This document shows, piece by piece, positions 1 to 9,591 of a stretch of 64,000 bases of DNA. A program made the position numbers and the translations under genes. Location: positions 5,236 through 69,235 of the forward strand of contig JAZQMI010000119.1 in NCBI GenBank assembly GCA_045543375.1, written 5' to 3'. Numbering within the stretch: the first letter of the stretch is position 1; every line of letters starts with the position of its first letter. Under the pieces are notes generated by a model. It made no database searches. It was not told where the DNA came from and worked only from the letters and a program-made list of their open reading frames with translations. Source of the DNA: Eubacteriales bacterium (GTDB lineage: Bacteria > Bacillota > Clostridia > Oscillospirales > CAG-272).

Positions 1-816
1 GACACAGATAAGAGATAGCCCATTGCGCTCGGCCGTGACCGACACACAAAAGCCCGCCTTGGACGTCGATCCCGTTTTGAGCCCCGTCGCGCCGCGATAA
101 AAACGAACGAGGCGATTGGTATTGGTCAGCCCGAATGCGCCGCCGCGAATGGTGTCCATCCAGATCGAGCTGTATTTAAGAATGTCCTTGTGCTCGATCA
201 GCGCGCGCGACATGAGTGCTATGTCCATGGCCGAGGTCAAATGATTTTGCGCCGTGTCATCGAGGCCCGTGACGTTTTCAAAGTGTGTGTTGGTCATGCC
301 AAGCTCGGAGGCGCGCTTGTTCATCTGCTCCACAAACGAGGATACGTCACCCGACACGAATTCGGCAAGTGCCACGGCGGCGTCGTTGGCCGAGCTGATG
401 ACAACGCTTTTGAGCATATCCTCGACCGTCATGCTCTCACCGACCTTGAGGTAGATTTGCGAGCCGCCCATGCTTGCAGCCTGCTCGCTGGCGGTGACCA
501 TATCGGTCATGGCGAACTTACCCGCCTCCATTGCCTCCATGACAAGCAGCAGCGTCATGATCTTGGTTACGGACGCCGGCGGGAGTGCCTCGTTGGCATT
601 TTGCTCGTACAGCACCGCTCCCGTGGTCGCTTCCATGAGAACGGCACTCTGACATTCAAGCGACAAGCTGCCGCTCTCTGCTTGCATAGAAAGCGACATC
701 TGATACTCGCTATCCGGTGCGGCGACACATGCAGAAGCGAAACAGTTGACGACCATCAACGCCGTCAAAAGCAGCAGCACGACGCGACGGAAATGCGCTC
801 GGATCGTGTTTGGCAT
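1..816 (-). CDS. D-alanyl-D-alanine carboxypeptidase (peptidase S11, PBP5-type); C-terminus lies beyond the left edge
   Basis: Absent from the ORF track because it runs off the window. My minus-strand translation from ATG 816 (GGAGG about 9 nt upstream) gives a signal peptide, then SVTK (SxxK), SSAND (SxN) and KTGST (KTG) motifs. The frame stays open to base 1. Confidence 0.85.
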   Translation of the reverse strand, partial: MPNTIRAHFRRVVLLLLTALMVVNCFASACVAAPDSEYQMSLSMQAESGSLSLECQSAVLMEATTGAVLYEQNANEALPPASVTKIMTLLLVMEAMEAGKFAMTDMVTASEQAASMGGSQIYLKVGESMTVEDMLKSVVISSANDAAVALAEFVSGDVSSFVEQMNKRASELGMTNTHFENVTGLDDTAQNHLTSAMDIALMSRALIEHKDILKYSSIWMDTIRGGAFGLTNTNRLVRFYRGATGLKTGSTSKAGFCVSVTAERNGLSLICV

Positions 817-839
817 ATCAAAGTCCTCCTTATATCATA

Positions 840-1805
840 TCAAAGCAGTAGCGGTGCTTCGAACAGCATTTGACGGAGCGCGGCATAAATGCAGAAATAC
901 TGTTCGGCCGGCAGCGGATTTTCCCCTTTGCCGCATTCCACGGTGAACGAGGGAAGACCCAACGTGCGGATGCACCAGTCGGTCAGCCCGCCATACGCCG
1001 CCATGCCCTCGGGCTTGGCAAGCGCATACCCGCAAAGTCTGGACAGCGCCTTCGCCATCGCAGCCGAGCGCGGTGTGACCTCCTCTCCGCTCGTGTAATA
1101 GATTTCCTCGCCCTGCGTGTGCAGCGTCAGAACCGCATGAACGCTCTCGCGGTGAAAGCGAATGAAATTGCAAAGATAGCCCACCTCAGGCTCGGATTCG
1201 GGACACTCGCCACTATATCTGGTCGGACCGCCGCCGCAAATTCCGTTTTCCCGCTCCAACGCTTTGTATTCAAGATAACCCGCGTCGTAGTTGTGATTGA
1301 GATCAACGCCGCGGGCGTTGGCTTGCCAATGCGAATAATCCGGATGATGGGGATTCATTCGTTCAAGTCGCCCCAAAAGCGGATTATCTTCACGCACGCC
1401 CTCCAGCACGTAAGAAACGCCGTCGGGATTGAGCATGGGGATGACAATAATGCGACGCTCTTTGAACAGATAGGGAAGATGTACGTTGTAAATGCGCCGT
1501 CCGTCGCGGTACGCCTCGGCGTATTCGTTGATAAAGCGAAGCAGTAGCACCGACGTGATCCATTCCATCGCATGATGCGTTCCAATATAAAGAAACGTTT
1601 TTTTGCCCTCGCCGAGTGTGACCATGGGGATCGCACGGCCAAGAACGCTCTCTCCGAGCGTGCCGAATTCCAGAAACGGATACCGCTCGGCAAAGCAGGA
1701 AAGATAGGCGGTCATGCGTTCAGCCGTCAAGGGAAGAGGGTAGTCGAGAATGCTTTTTGAGGTGTCAAAAGGCAAAAAGCCCGCTGCGTTGCTGGGATAG
1801 TTCAT
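840..1805 (-). CDS. M14-family zinc carboxypeptidase (gamma-D-glutamyl-meso-DAP peptidase-like)
   Basis: 321-aa ORF with a GTHHAMEW (HxxE) zinc site, NPDG and a DLNHNY block typical of M14. It sits 24 nt upstream of the DD-carboxypeptidase gene, so the two probably form an operon. Confidence 0.8.
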   Translation of the reverse strand: MNYPSNAAGFLPFDTSKSILDYPLPLTAERMTAYLSCFAERYPFLEFGTLGESVLGRAIPMVTLGEGKKTFLYIGTHHAMEWITSVLLLRFINEYAEAYRDGRRIYNVHLPYLFKERRIIVIPMLNPDGVSYVLEGVREDNPLLGRLERMNPHHPDYSHWQANARGVDLNHNYDAGYLEYKALERENGICGGGPTRYSGECPESEPEVGYLCNFIRFHRESVHAVLTLHTQGEEIYYTSGEEVTPRSAAMAKALSRLCGYALAKPEGMAAYGGLTDWCIRTLGLPSFTVECGKGENPLPAEQYFCIYAALRQMLFEAPLLL

Positions 1806-1964
1806 AGTCCGTCAAGCTCCTTTTTCCATTGTTTTACCATATGAATATGAAGTGAAACGCAAAAAAAGTACGCACGTCTTTGAATAATTCACAAAAAGCG
1901 CTTTCTTTTCGCGACAAAATGTGATATACTGAATACAACTTGATTGACCAAAGGAATGAAAAAT

Positions 1965-2717
1965 ATGAAGTCATTATCGCCCTTGACCCGCCGAATGCTG
2001 ACATATACCGTGAGCATAGCGATCTTGTTTGGAATTTATGTTGCGCTGATCCTGCTCAGTGATCAGCTTTCTTCCAATATCATATACGCGCATACCATGC
2101 TCGGCGAGCTGACCGAGTGGGGGTATCTCGCTGCCGAGCTGTTGGCACTCATCTTGACCTACGCTTGTCTGCTGTACACCCTCTTCACCCACGGACATTG
2201 GGGAGCGCTTCGCATCGTTGCTGTGTACGTAGCGGTCACGCTCATTCGTCACGCGGCGATGTTATGGCTTGGCTACAGCGAGCTCTGGGCGGAAACCGTT
2301 AATTTGTTACCCGAGCTTGCGCAGCTCGGCGCTGTCTACGTTGCATGTACGTCGTGCGTCCAAGCGTTTGACCGTCAATATGCCGTCATGCAGCATGGTG
2401 CGCACACACTTGGCCGCCCGTGCGCCGAGCGCGAGGCATTGGTATATCCTTGCGTGAAACAGCCGCTCAAAGCCGATCCCATCAAGCGCGCTGCCGCCGC
2501 GAGCGTCACGATACTCATCGCCGTCCGCGTGTTTGGCCGTTTGATTTTCGATTTTAACTACGGCGCGCCTGCTGATCTTATCGACGGACTGTGGATGCTG
2601 CTGTATTACAGTGTGGACGTTCTGATCGGCGTTGGCGCATATTGTTTGATGTTGGGTATCGTTCGTATCCTGTCAAAGCAACAGAGATTATTTGAAAAAA
2701 TTTTAAAAACCACTTGA
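1965..2717 (+). CDS. hypothetical polytopic membrane protein
   Basis: The ORF 1944..2717 has several hydrophobic helices. I prefer ATG 1965 because AAGGA lies about 9 nt upstream. No family was recognised. Confidence 0.55.
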   Translation: MKSLSPLTRRMLTYTVSIAILFGIYVALILLSDQLSSNIIYAHTMLGELTEWGYLAAELLALILTYACLLYTLFTHGHWGALRIVAVYVAVTLIRHAAMLWLGYSELWAETVNLLPELAQLGAVYVACTSCVQAFDRQYAVMQHGAHTLGRPCAEREALVYPCVKQPLKADPIKRAAAASVTILIAVRVFGRLIFDFNYGAPADLIDGLWMLLYYSVDVLIGVGAYCLMLGIVRILSKQQRLFEKILKTT

Positions 2718-2742
2718 CATTTGTCAAATAGGGGAGTATAAT
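2714..2742 (+). promoter_or_regulatory. sigma-A type promoter (TTGACA-17-TATAAT) driving the TPP riboswitch and thiT
   Basis: TTGACA at 2714-2719 and TATAAT at 2737-2742 with a 17-nt spacer, read directly from the sequence. Confidence 0.75.
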
Positions 2743-2764
2743 ACACTCACATCAAAACCGCATA

Positions 2765-2850
2765 AAAACGGGGGTGCTGAGCAATCGGCTGAGATGAGGC
2801 GCAAGCCTTGAACCCTTAACCTGATACGGATAATGCCGGCGTAGGGAGAT
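2765..2850 (+). promoter_or_regulatory. TPP (THI-box) riboswitch aptamer
   Basis: Contains GGGGTGC...GGCTGAGA...ACCCTTAACCTGATACGGATAATGCCGGCGTAGGGAG, which matches the conserved CUGAGA and ACCUGAUCUGGAUAAUGCCAGCGUAGGGA cores. It lies upstream of a thiamine transporter gene. Confidence 0.9.
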
Positions 2851-2901
2851 TTTTTAGTGCATTGCTTGCCATGGAAAGCAGAACACAGAACAAAAATGCT
2901 A

Positions 2902-2932
2902 CCGCACGGAGTTTTCGTGCGGATTATTTTTT
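2902..2932 (+). terminator. intrinsic terminator serving as the TPP riboswitch expression platform
   Basis: CCGCACG / CGTGCGG stem with a 7-nt loop followed by ATTATTTTTT. It sits between the aptamer and the thiT ribosome-binding site. Confidence 0.7.
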
Positions 2933-2949
2933 GGAGGTAAAAGAAAGCC

Positions 2950-3627
2950 ATGAAACAAGCAAGCAAGCTCACAACCGTTCGCCGACTGACCGTGTCGGCC
3001 ATGATGGTCGCTCTGTCTACCGTCATTTCGTTCATCTGCTCACTCATTCCCGTGCCGCCCTTCAATTTTCCGTTCGGCGGCGGCATCACCATCGCGGGCA
3101 TGCTGCCCGTCGTGCTCGTTGCGTATCTGTATGGCACGCGATGGGGACTGCTCACGGGCTTCGCTTATTCACTCATTCAAATGCTGCTCGGCCATTCGAC
3201 AGTCAGCACATTGTTCCTTCCCGTCGAGGAGGGAGGAATGCAGCTCGGGGCGGCGTTGCTCATTTGCTTCATTGACTATATCCTTGCTTATACGATGCTG
3301 GGACTTGGCGGTCTGTTCCGTCGCCAAGGCTCGGCGGTCAAGGGATTGGTGCTCGGCTGCGTTGTAGCACTCGGTGCGCGCTACCTCTGCCACGTCGTGT
3401 CGGGAACGATCTTCTACGGCGCGTGGGCGGAATGGTTCTTCACGCTGGACGGAATATACGAGCTGATGGGAAAGGCAGTCCTTGACCGTTTTAGCGGCAA
3501 CGCGCTCGCGCTGATTTATTCCGCTGTTTATAACGGCTGCTACATGATCCCTGAAATGATCATCACACCTCTTGCTGCGCTTGTCGTATTGCGCATTCCC
3601 GCCGTTCGCAAGGGCGTGCAGCAATAA
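2950..3627 (+). CDS. thiT: ECF-transporter S component for thiamine (ThiT)
   Basis: 225-aa six-helix membrane ORF directly downstream of the TPP riboswitch. GGAGG lies upstream of the ATG. The sequence resembles ThiT-family S components. Confidence 0.8.
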   Translation: MKQASKLTTVRRLTVSAMMVALSTVISFICSLIPVPPFNFPFGGGITIAGMLPVVLVAYLYGTRWGLLTGFAYSLIQMLLGHSTVSTLFLPVEEGGMQLGAALLICFIDYILAYTMLGLGGLFRRQGSAVKGLVLGCVVALGARYLCHVVSGTIFYGAWAEWFFTLDGIYELMGKAVLDRFSGNALALIYSAVYNGCYMIPEMIITPLAALVVLRIPAVRKGVQQ

Positions 3628-3639
3628 AATCAAATATAA

Positions 3640-3674
3640 GCTCCGCCGAACGTACTGCTCGGCGGAGCTTTTTT
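3640..3674 (+). terminator. intrinsic terminator after thiT
   Basis: GCTCCGCCGA / TCGGCGGAGC stem followed by TTTTTT. Confidence 0.85.
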
Positions 3675-3790
3675 GTGAGCAAAAAGCACAAAAAAGTATT
3701 TGACAAATTGGGCAAAGTGTTGTATACTATATCCACTACCCATTTTTTGCGTGAATGGTTGCAATGGAATTATGGTTGATGGAGGGAACT

Positions 3791-4549
3791 ATGCCCCGAT
3801 TTTTTATCAAACCGCAACAGATTGAGAATGATTTCGTCCGGATTACGGGCGACGACGCTCACCATATCGCGCGCTCCCTTCGCATGGCGGTCGGCGAGCG
3901 CATCACCGTGTGCGACGGTCAAAAGGAGCACGAATGCGAGATATTGGAATTTGATCAGGACAAGTGCGTGAGTGCCAAAATCCTCGCAAGCGAGCCGTTG
4001 CGTGGCGAGCCTCCTTATTCGGTTACGCTGTTTCAGGCGCTGCCCAAGGGTGATAAGCTGGATATGATCATACAAAAGGCCGTCGAATGCGGTGCTTGTC
4101 GCATTGTTCCGTTTGAGAGCGAGCATTGCGTGGTGCGTATGCGCCCCGACGCCGAGCAGCGCAAGACCGAGCGCCGCGAGCGCATCGCGTTGGAGGCAGC
4201 TAAGCAATGCGGGAGAGGTTATCTGCCGACAGTCAGCCAGACGGTATCCTTTGACTCTATGCTGCAACAAGCAGCCAAAACCGACGTTGTGCTGTTCTGC
4301 TACGAGGGTGAGGGAACCGCATCCTTGCGCGCCTTGTTGCAAGACTTGCGTGACGGAGGTAAGCTCCCCCGTGACCGCCGCCCCGAAATTTCGGTTGTCA
4401 TCGGTAGCGAGGGCGGCTTTTCGCCGAAAGAGGCCGAGGCAGCAGTGAAATCGGGCTTTTGCATGGTCGGACTTGGCTCTCGTATACTTCGCACAGAAAC
4501 AGCATCTTGCTTTGTTTTGAGCAATTTGGTATACGAATTTGAGCTTTAG
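3791..4549 (+). CDS. rsmE: 16S rRNA (uracil1498-N3)-methyltransferase RsmE
   Basis: The MPRFFI... N-terminus, PUA-like N-domain and C-terminal GPEGGF-like SEGGFSPKE / LG.RILR.ETA motifs are characteristic of RsmE. Start taken at ATG 3791 with GGAGGG upstream. A TTGACA-17-TATACT promoter lies at 3700-3728. Confidence 0.88.
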   Translation: MPRFFIKPQQIENDFVRITGDDAHHIARSLRMAVGERITVCDGQKEHECEILEFDQDKCVSAKILASEPLRGEPPYSVTLFQALPKGDKLDMIIQKAVECGACRIVPFESEHCVVRMRPDAEQRKTERRERIALEAAKQCGRGYLPTVSQTVSFDSMLQQAAKTDVVLFCYEGEGTASLRALLQDLRDGGKLPRDRRPEISVVIGSEGGFSPKEAEAAVKSGFCMVGLGSRILRTETASCFVLSNLVYEFEL

Positions 4550-4710
4550 TCAATATGCCCATATGGATTTAATATAAAATCCACAAAAAAAACTTCAAAA
4601 AATTATAAAAAAAATCAAAAACCCTATTGAAAAATCACAAAAAATAGTGTAGAATATAGGATAGTATATACAAACGCAATCCCAACTTTTGCATCAGGAG
4701 TGTTAAAATT

Positions 4711-5796
4711 ATGTCTAACAGATTGTTCCAAAGCGTCATTCACCAAATGAAGGATGCGGTGGACCGCGTCATCGGTGTCATTGATGAGAACGGTGTCATC
4801 ATTTCCTGTTCCGAGCTGACCAAGATCGGTGAGATTCGTCAAGGCGTTCGCGATGAGCTGGCATACACGAACGAGATCGTCATCAACAACGGCTATACTT
4901 ACCGTCCTATCGGCGGAAACAACAAGCCCGAGTACATCGTTTTCGTTGAAGGTGAGGATAAGGTTGCCGAAAAGACGTCCAAGCTGCTCTCCATTTCGCT
5001 GAGCAATATCAAGAATCTCTATGATGAGAAGTATGATAAGGGCTCTTTCATCAAAAATATCATTTTGGACAACATCCTGCCCAGCGATATTTATATTAAG
5101 AGCAAGGAGCTTCATTTTAACACCGAGGAGATGCGCATCGTCTTTTTGATCAAGTTCTTCGGCAAGACGGACATGATGCCTTTCGAGATGTTGCAGAACA
5201 TGTTCCCGGATAAGACCAAGGATTACGTTATCAGCGCCGGCGAGCGTGACATCGTTCTGGTGAAGGACGTCAAGGCAGGTATTGATTCCAAGGAGATCGA
5301 AAAGATCGCCACCAACATCGCGGATACGTTGAGCACCGAGTTCTACACCAAGGTTTCCATCGGTATCTCGACCGTCGTTGACAACATCAAGGATCTGGCG
5401 CGCGCATACAAGGAAGCACAGATCGCACTTGAGGTTGGCAAGGTATTTGAAACCGAGAAGAACATCATCAATTATGAAAACCTCGGCATCGGTCGTCTGA
5501 TCTATCAGTTGCCGACTACGCTGTGCGAGATGTTCTTGCAAGAGGTCTTCAAGAAGGGAAGCCTTGAATCGCTTGACCGTGAAACGCTGATGACCATTCA
5601 GTGTTTCTTTGAGAACAATCTGAACGTTTCCGAAACCTCGCGTAAGCTGTTCGTCCACCGTAACACGCTGGTCTACCGCCTGGAGAAGATCCGCAAGCTG
5701 ACGGGTCTTGACCTGCGCGAGTTTGAGCACGCCATCACCTTTAAGGTGGCGCTCATGGTCAAAAAGTATCTGGACACCAAGTCTTCTAAATTCTGA
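4711..5796 (+). CDS. PucR/CdaR-family transcriptional regulator
   Basis: 361-aa ORF with a C-terminal helix-turn-helix ...NVSETSRKLFVHRNTLVYRLEKIRKLTGLDL... typical of PucR C-terminal domains. Confidence 0.75.
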   Translation: MSNRLFQSVIHQMKDAVDRVIGVIDENGVIISCSELTKIGEIRQGVRDELAYTNEIVINNGYTYRPIGGNNKPEYIVFVEGEDKVAEKTSKLLSISLSNIKNLYDEKYDKGSFIKNIILDNILPSDIYIKSKELHFNTEEMRIVFLIKFFGKTDMMPFEMLQNMFPDKTKDYVISAGERDIVLVKDVKAGIDSKEIEKIATNIADTLSTEFYTKVSIGISTVVDNIKDLARAYKEAQIALEVGKVFETEKNIINYENLGIGRLIYQLPTTLCEMFLQEVFKKGSLESLDRETLMTIQCFFENNLNVSETSRKLFVHRNTLVYRLEKIRKLTGLDLREFEHAITFKVALMVKKYLDTKSSKF

Positions 5797-5927
5797 TCGT
5801 TTGACAATTGACGGCGCCGGCGCAAACAACCCGTTTGCGCCGGTCGCTTGCCGCCCGTGCGGCTTATGAGTGTCAGTTAAGCTTTGCACTTTCAGAAACC
5901 ACGATTTTGCAGAGAGGTATCAAATTC

Positions 5928-7595
5928 ATGGTTCAATTCATATTTTTTGTTGACGGTCTTGGACACAACGCAGATGAAACTGCCGTGATCGAGGCTGCCA
6001 AGCAAGTTTTCCCGCAAGCGGAGATCAAGCTCGACGCGATGACCTCCTCGATGACGATTACCACGTCACAAGAGGAAGGTACGGATCAGACGTTTGCTCG
6101 CCTTTCCGATGCACTTGCTACACTCGGCTGTACGCTCAAGCTGCCGCCGAGCAGCGTGACTGTCCGGCAGACGCCTGTTGTGTCGAGCAAAAAGGATTCG
6201 CCACGTCAAAAAAAGAAGCGTCGCATTCCTTGGGGGGCGTTCATCGCAAGTACGTGTGCGCTGCTGATCCTCGCAATTCTTACCACTTACACGCTCACCG
6301 CAGCTCAATTCGGTCAAAAGCTGAAAGAACTGCAGGATGAATTCTTCGCGTTGCAGGAGGAGGCAGGAAATCAGGCCGATCAAGAGCCGGAAATCCCCTC
6401 TGCGGAACAGCCCATTTTCCCGGAACTTGAGGTTTTCGACTTCCTGTTTGATCAATACGCCATTGAGGATATCGATCAAGAGGCTCTGATGGAGGCTGTG
6501 CTCAAGGCCTACGCTATCGGCACCGGCGATATTTATGCCGAGTACTATACTGCCGAAGAATTCGAGGCCATGATGCAAGAAGATCAGGGCAATATGGAGG
6601 GAATCGGCGTCAGTGTGACCAACGACATTGTCTTGGTGAACGGTCTTTCTTATCAAGTGCTGACGGTCATCAGCGTCTTCCGCGACTCTCCAGCGCTGAA
6701 TGCAGGCGTTCGCGTTGGCGATCATATTTATACCGTAACGGATGCAGACGGCGTTTCTCATACTGTTGAGGAGTTGGGATACGACGGCGCAATCTCGTGC
6801 GTACGCGGTATATCCGGAACCAATGCGGAATTTTCCGCCCTGCGTAAATCGTCCGACGGCGGGTATCAAGCCGTTACCTTTTCCATTACGCGTGCCCCGA
6901 TTACAACAGAAACCGTTACGTCGCATGTATTAGCTTCCGATCCGAGCATCGGTATTCTGAAGATCTCGCAGTTCGATTTGACCACGCCCGGTCAATTTTG
7001 CGCCAATATGGACGCGCTGATTGAGGCGGGCTGTACCAAGTTTATCTTTGATGTTCGCTACAATCCGGGTGGATTGCTCATTTCGATCGAGGCTGTGCTC
7101 AGCACGTTGCTCAATGAGGGCGACGTCATGATCTCGACCGTCTATAAGGACGGCTCGGAAGAAACGGACGTTGTCAAGCCTGTCAGCTATTCGGGCGTAT
7201 ACAACACCTGCTCCGTGGCTCCCGAGGATATCGGGAAATACAAAGGTTATGAGTTTGCCGTGCTGACCAACGAATATACTGCCAGTGCTGCCGAGCTGTT
7301 TTCCGCGAACATCCGCGACTACGAGCTTGGAACACTCGTCGGCGTTACCACCTACGGTAAAGGCTGTATGCAAACGACGTTCGATCTGTCCTATTTCGGA
7401 TATGAGGGTGCGCTCAAGCTGACCACCGCGTGGTATCAACCGCCCTGCGGTGAAAATTATCATGGTGTGGGTATCGAACCTCACATCCCCGTTGAAACCG
7501 ATCTTGCTCTGATCGAACAGTACGGAAATATTTATCTGATCCCCGACGATGAAGATCCGCAAATCCATGCGGCCATCGAAGCACTCAATCAATAA
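5928..7595 (+). CDS. S41-family C-terminal processing peptidase with N-terminal cytoplasmic domain, TM helix and coiled segment
   Basis: Has a PDZ-like SPA..AG....D block and the S41 core ...NEYTASAAELF...GTLVGVTTYGKG... Start placed at ATG 5928 (AGAGAGG upstream) rather than the track start 5808. Confidence 0.8.
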   Translation: MVQFIFFVDGLGHNADETAVIEAAKQVFPQAEIKLDAMTSSMTITTSQEEGTDQTFARLSDALATLGCTLKLPPSSVTVRQTPVVSSKKDSPRQKKKRRIPWGAFIASTCALLILAILTTYTLTAAQFGQKLKELQDEFFALQEEAGNQADQEPEIPSAEQPIFPELEVFDFLFDQYAIEDIDQEALMEAVLKAYAIGTGDIYAEYYTAEEFEAMMQEDQGNMEGIGVSVTNDIVLVNGLSYQVLTVISVFRDSPALNAGVRVGDHIYTVTDADGVSHTVEELGYDGAISCVRGISGTNAEFSALRKSSDGGYQAVTFSITRAPITTETVTSHVLASDPSIGILKISQFDLTTPGQFCANMDALIEAGCTKFIFDVRYNPGGLLISIEAVLSTLLNEGDVMISTVYKDGSEETDVVKPVSYSGVYNTCSVAPEDIGKYKGYEFAVLTNEYTASAAELFSANIRDYELGTLVGVTTYGKGCMQTTFDLSYFGYEGALKLTTAWYQPPCGENYHGVGIEPHIPVETDLALIEQYGNIYLIPDDEDPQIHAAIEALNQ

Positions 7596-7627
7596 AAACA
7601 TTTTAAGATATAAAGAGGAGAACAATT

Positions 7628-8113
7628 ATGGCAACCAAAAAGCAAATGCTGTACACCCCCGACGGCTACAAGGAGCTGGTAGAGGAGCTTAATTATCTGA
7701 AGACCGTCCGCCGTGAGGAGATCAAAAATGATATCGCCGTAGCCCGTTCGTTCGGTGACTTGTCCGAGAACGCTGAGTACGATGAGGCAAGAAACGAGCA
7801 GGCAAGAACCGAGGCTCGTATCAAGGAGCTTGAGGAGCTGATCGAAAACGCCGTTGTCGTTGATGAAACCGAGATCGACACCTCGGTCATCAGCCTTGGC
7901 TCGGTCGTTCGCGTCCGCGATGAGGACGACGGTGAGGAGATCGAATACTCGCTCGTTGGTTCTAACGAGGCCAACCCCCTGATCGGCAAGATTTCGGATC
8001 AGTCGCCCATCGGCAAGAGCTTGATGGGTGCCAAGGAGGGCGCTGTTCTTCGCATTGATGCCCCTGCAGGTGTGATCACGCTGAAGGTGCTGAGCGTCAG
8101 CCGCTCGAAATAA
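7628..8113 (+). CDS. greA: transcription elongation factor GreA
   Basis: 161 aa containing ...RSFGDLSENAEYDEARNEQA..., the GreA acidic finger, and a C-terminal SPIGK.L.G motif. Confidence 0.95.
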   Translation: MATKKQMLYTPDGYKELVEELNYLKTVRREEIKNDIAVARSFGDLSENAEYDEARNEQARTEARIKELEELIENAVVVDETEIDTSVISLGSVVRVRDEDDGEEIEYSLVGSNEANPLIGKISDQSPIGKSLMGAKEGAVLRIDAPAGVITLKVLSVSRSK

Positions 8114-8123
8114 TCGGCATCAA

Positions 8124-8162
8124 GGGCGAGGTGACTTTTCACACCTCGCCCTTGACTTTTTT
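8124..8162 (+). terminator. intrinsic terminator after greA
   Basis: GGGCGAGGTG / CACCTCGCCC stem followed by a T-rich tract. Confidence 0.7.
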
Positions 8163-8176
8163 AAGGAGGAACTTCC

Positions 8177-8890
8177 ATGCAGCAAGATCCCAAGCTTTCG
8201 GGTGGCGATATCCGTCTTGATGAGGATAACAAATTTTTAAAATGGCTGGATAATTACTGGTATCATTACAAATGGCATACCATCATCATAGGCTTTTTTG
8301 CCCTGATGATACTGTTTACCTTGCGTCAATGCGTAAGTCAATCCACGCACGATATGGTCGTCGCTTATTGCGGCCCGACCGAGTTTTTGAGCGAGCAGAC
8401 AGAGGGAATGCGAAACGCACTTGAAGACGTGCTGCCCGAGGACTTTGACGGCGACGGTGAAAAATACGTGGAGTTGATCCGCTATCTGTATTACTCCGAG
8501 GAGGAGATCGAAGCGGAAAAAGCACTGCATGATGACAAATGGACCGTTACACCGGCATACATCAATCAACAACTTTCCGACTTTCGGGATTTCGTCCACC
8601 TATCCATTGCAGCCAATGAGTGTTCGGTCTACTTTATCAGTCCGTCCGTGTACGAATTCTTTACGACCAACCCGTTCCGTCCGCTCTCCGAGGTGCTGGA
8701 CAGCGTACCGAGCTCGGCCAACGACGCGCATACCGTCCGATTGGGCGATACGGCATTTTATGCCAACGATATCAGACTTCAGCAAATCCTTCCGGCGGAT
8801 ACGCTCGTCTGCTTGCTCGCGTCCAATCGTCCCAACGATAAGGATTATCAGAATTCTATCGCAATGTTCCGCGCCATCGTCGCTGAATAA
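8177..8890 (+). CDS. hypothetical membrane-anchored protein
   Basis: 237-aa ORF with AGGAGG upstream and a single N-terminal TM helix (IIIGFFALMILFTL). No family was recognised. Confidence 0.6.
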   Translation: MQQDPKLSGGDIRLDEDNKFLKWLDNYWYHYKWHTIIIGFFALMILFTLRQCVSQSTHDMVVAYCGPTEFLSEQTEGMRNALEDVLPEDFDGDGEKYVELIRYLYYSEEEIEAEKALHDDKWTVTPAYINQQLSDFRDFVHLSIAANECSVYFISPSVYEFFTTNPFRPLSEVLDSVPSSANDAHTVRLGDTAFYANDIRLQQILPADTLVCLLASNRPNDKDYQNSIAMFRAIVAE

Positions 8891-8894
8891 CACA

Positions 8895-8930
8895 AAAGCC
8901 AAAACGCTTCATGCGTTTTGGCTTTTTATT
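8895..8930. terminator. bidirectional intrinsic terminator between convergent genes
   Basis: AAAGCCAAAACGC / GCGTTTTGGCTTT stem flanked by A and T runs. It overlaps the 3' end of the minus-strand glycosylase gene. Confidence 0.75.
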
Positions 8931-9394
8931 TTACCCCAGGCTTCGACCAGACGTTGCAGCGACCACGTGGCATTGGCGGGACTGGTGGAGGGAAGAAGGA
9001 TGGCTTTGCGCCCCACGGTCGGCAAGATCAGACGGTTATAATATTTTTCCGCCGTTGTTCCGTTAACAAATATGGCGGTGATGGGAGCCTGCTCCAAAAG
9101 TGATGCAATATCGTTGACTTTGACGTTTCGCATGCTGGAGTCGGAGGAGCCTTGAATGTCGCACGAGGCAACAACGTCCCATAGTGCGATACCATGGCGT
9201 AACAGCAGATCCTTCTTTTGCTCGATCGTGCGCGGTACAGACTCGCCGCATACATCGGATATCACTTTCCAAAAGCGATTTTGCGGATGTCCGTAGAAAA
9301 AACCTTGCTCGCGCGAGCGGACGGAAGGAAAGCTTCCTAAAATCAACACGGTAGAACGGTGATCGTAAATGGGCGAAATGGAATGAATGGGCAT
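8909..9394 (-). CDS. uracil-DNA glycosylase superfamily protein (DNA-deoxyinosine / mismatch glycosylase type)
   Basis: 161 aa with LILGSFPS..S......FY.HP.N.FW near the N-terminus and a C-terminal LPSTSPAN motif, both typical of this UDG family. Confidence 0.75.
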   Translation of the reverse strand: MPIHSISPIYDHRSTVLILGSFPSVRSREQGFFYGHPQNRFWKVISDVCGESVPRTIEQKKDLLLRHGIALWDVVASCDIQGSSDSSMRNVKVNDIASLLEQAPITAIFVNGTTAEKYYNRLILPTVGRKAILLPSTSPANATWSLQRLVEAWGKIKSQNA

Positions 9395-9591
9395 GGTCTA
9401 CTCCTTGAAATAAAATGGCGGGAAAGCGGTGCGTATGAAAAGAAATGGAATTACGTTCGCGAAGAGTGCGCTGTTTGTCTTACGATTGTTTCGTCGGACG
9501 ACATAATCGGCAAGTTTTTTTGTGATCGCCGTGATAGGATAAGAGTGTGCCGGGGTGCACAAATCACGACAAAACGAAAGGAGTGACTGAT

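Noticed and set aside
5816-5842. The hairpin GGCGCAAAC-AACCC-GTTTGCGCC after the PucR-type regulator gene, considered as a terminator.
   Set aside because: The stem is good but no T-tract follows (GGTCGCTTGCC). It may be a processing or stability element or nothing, so it is not annotated.
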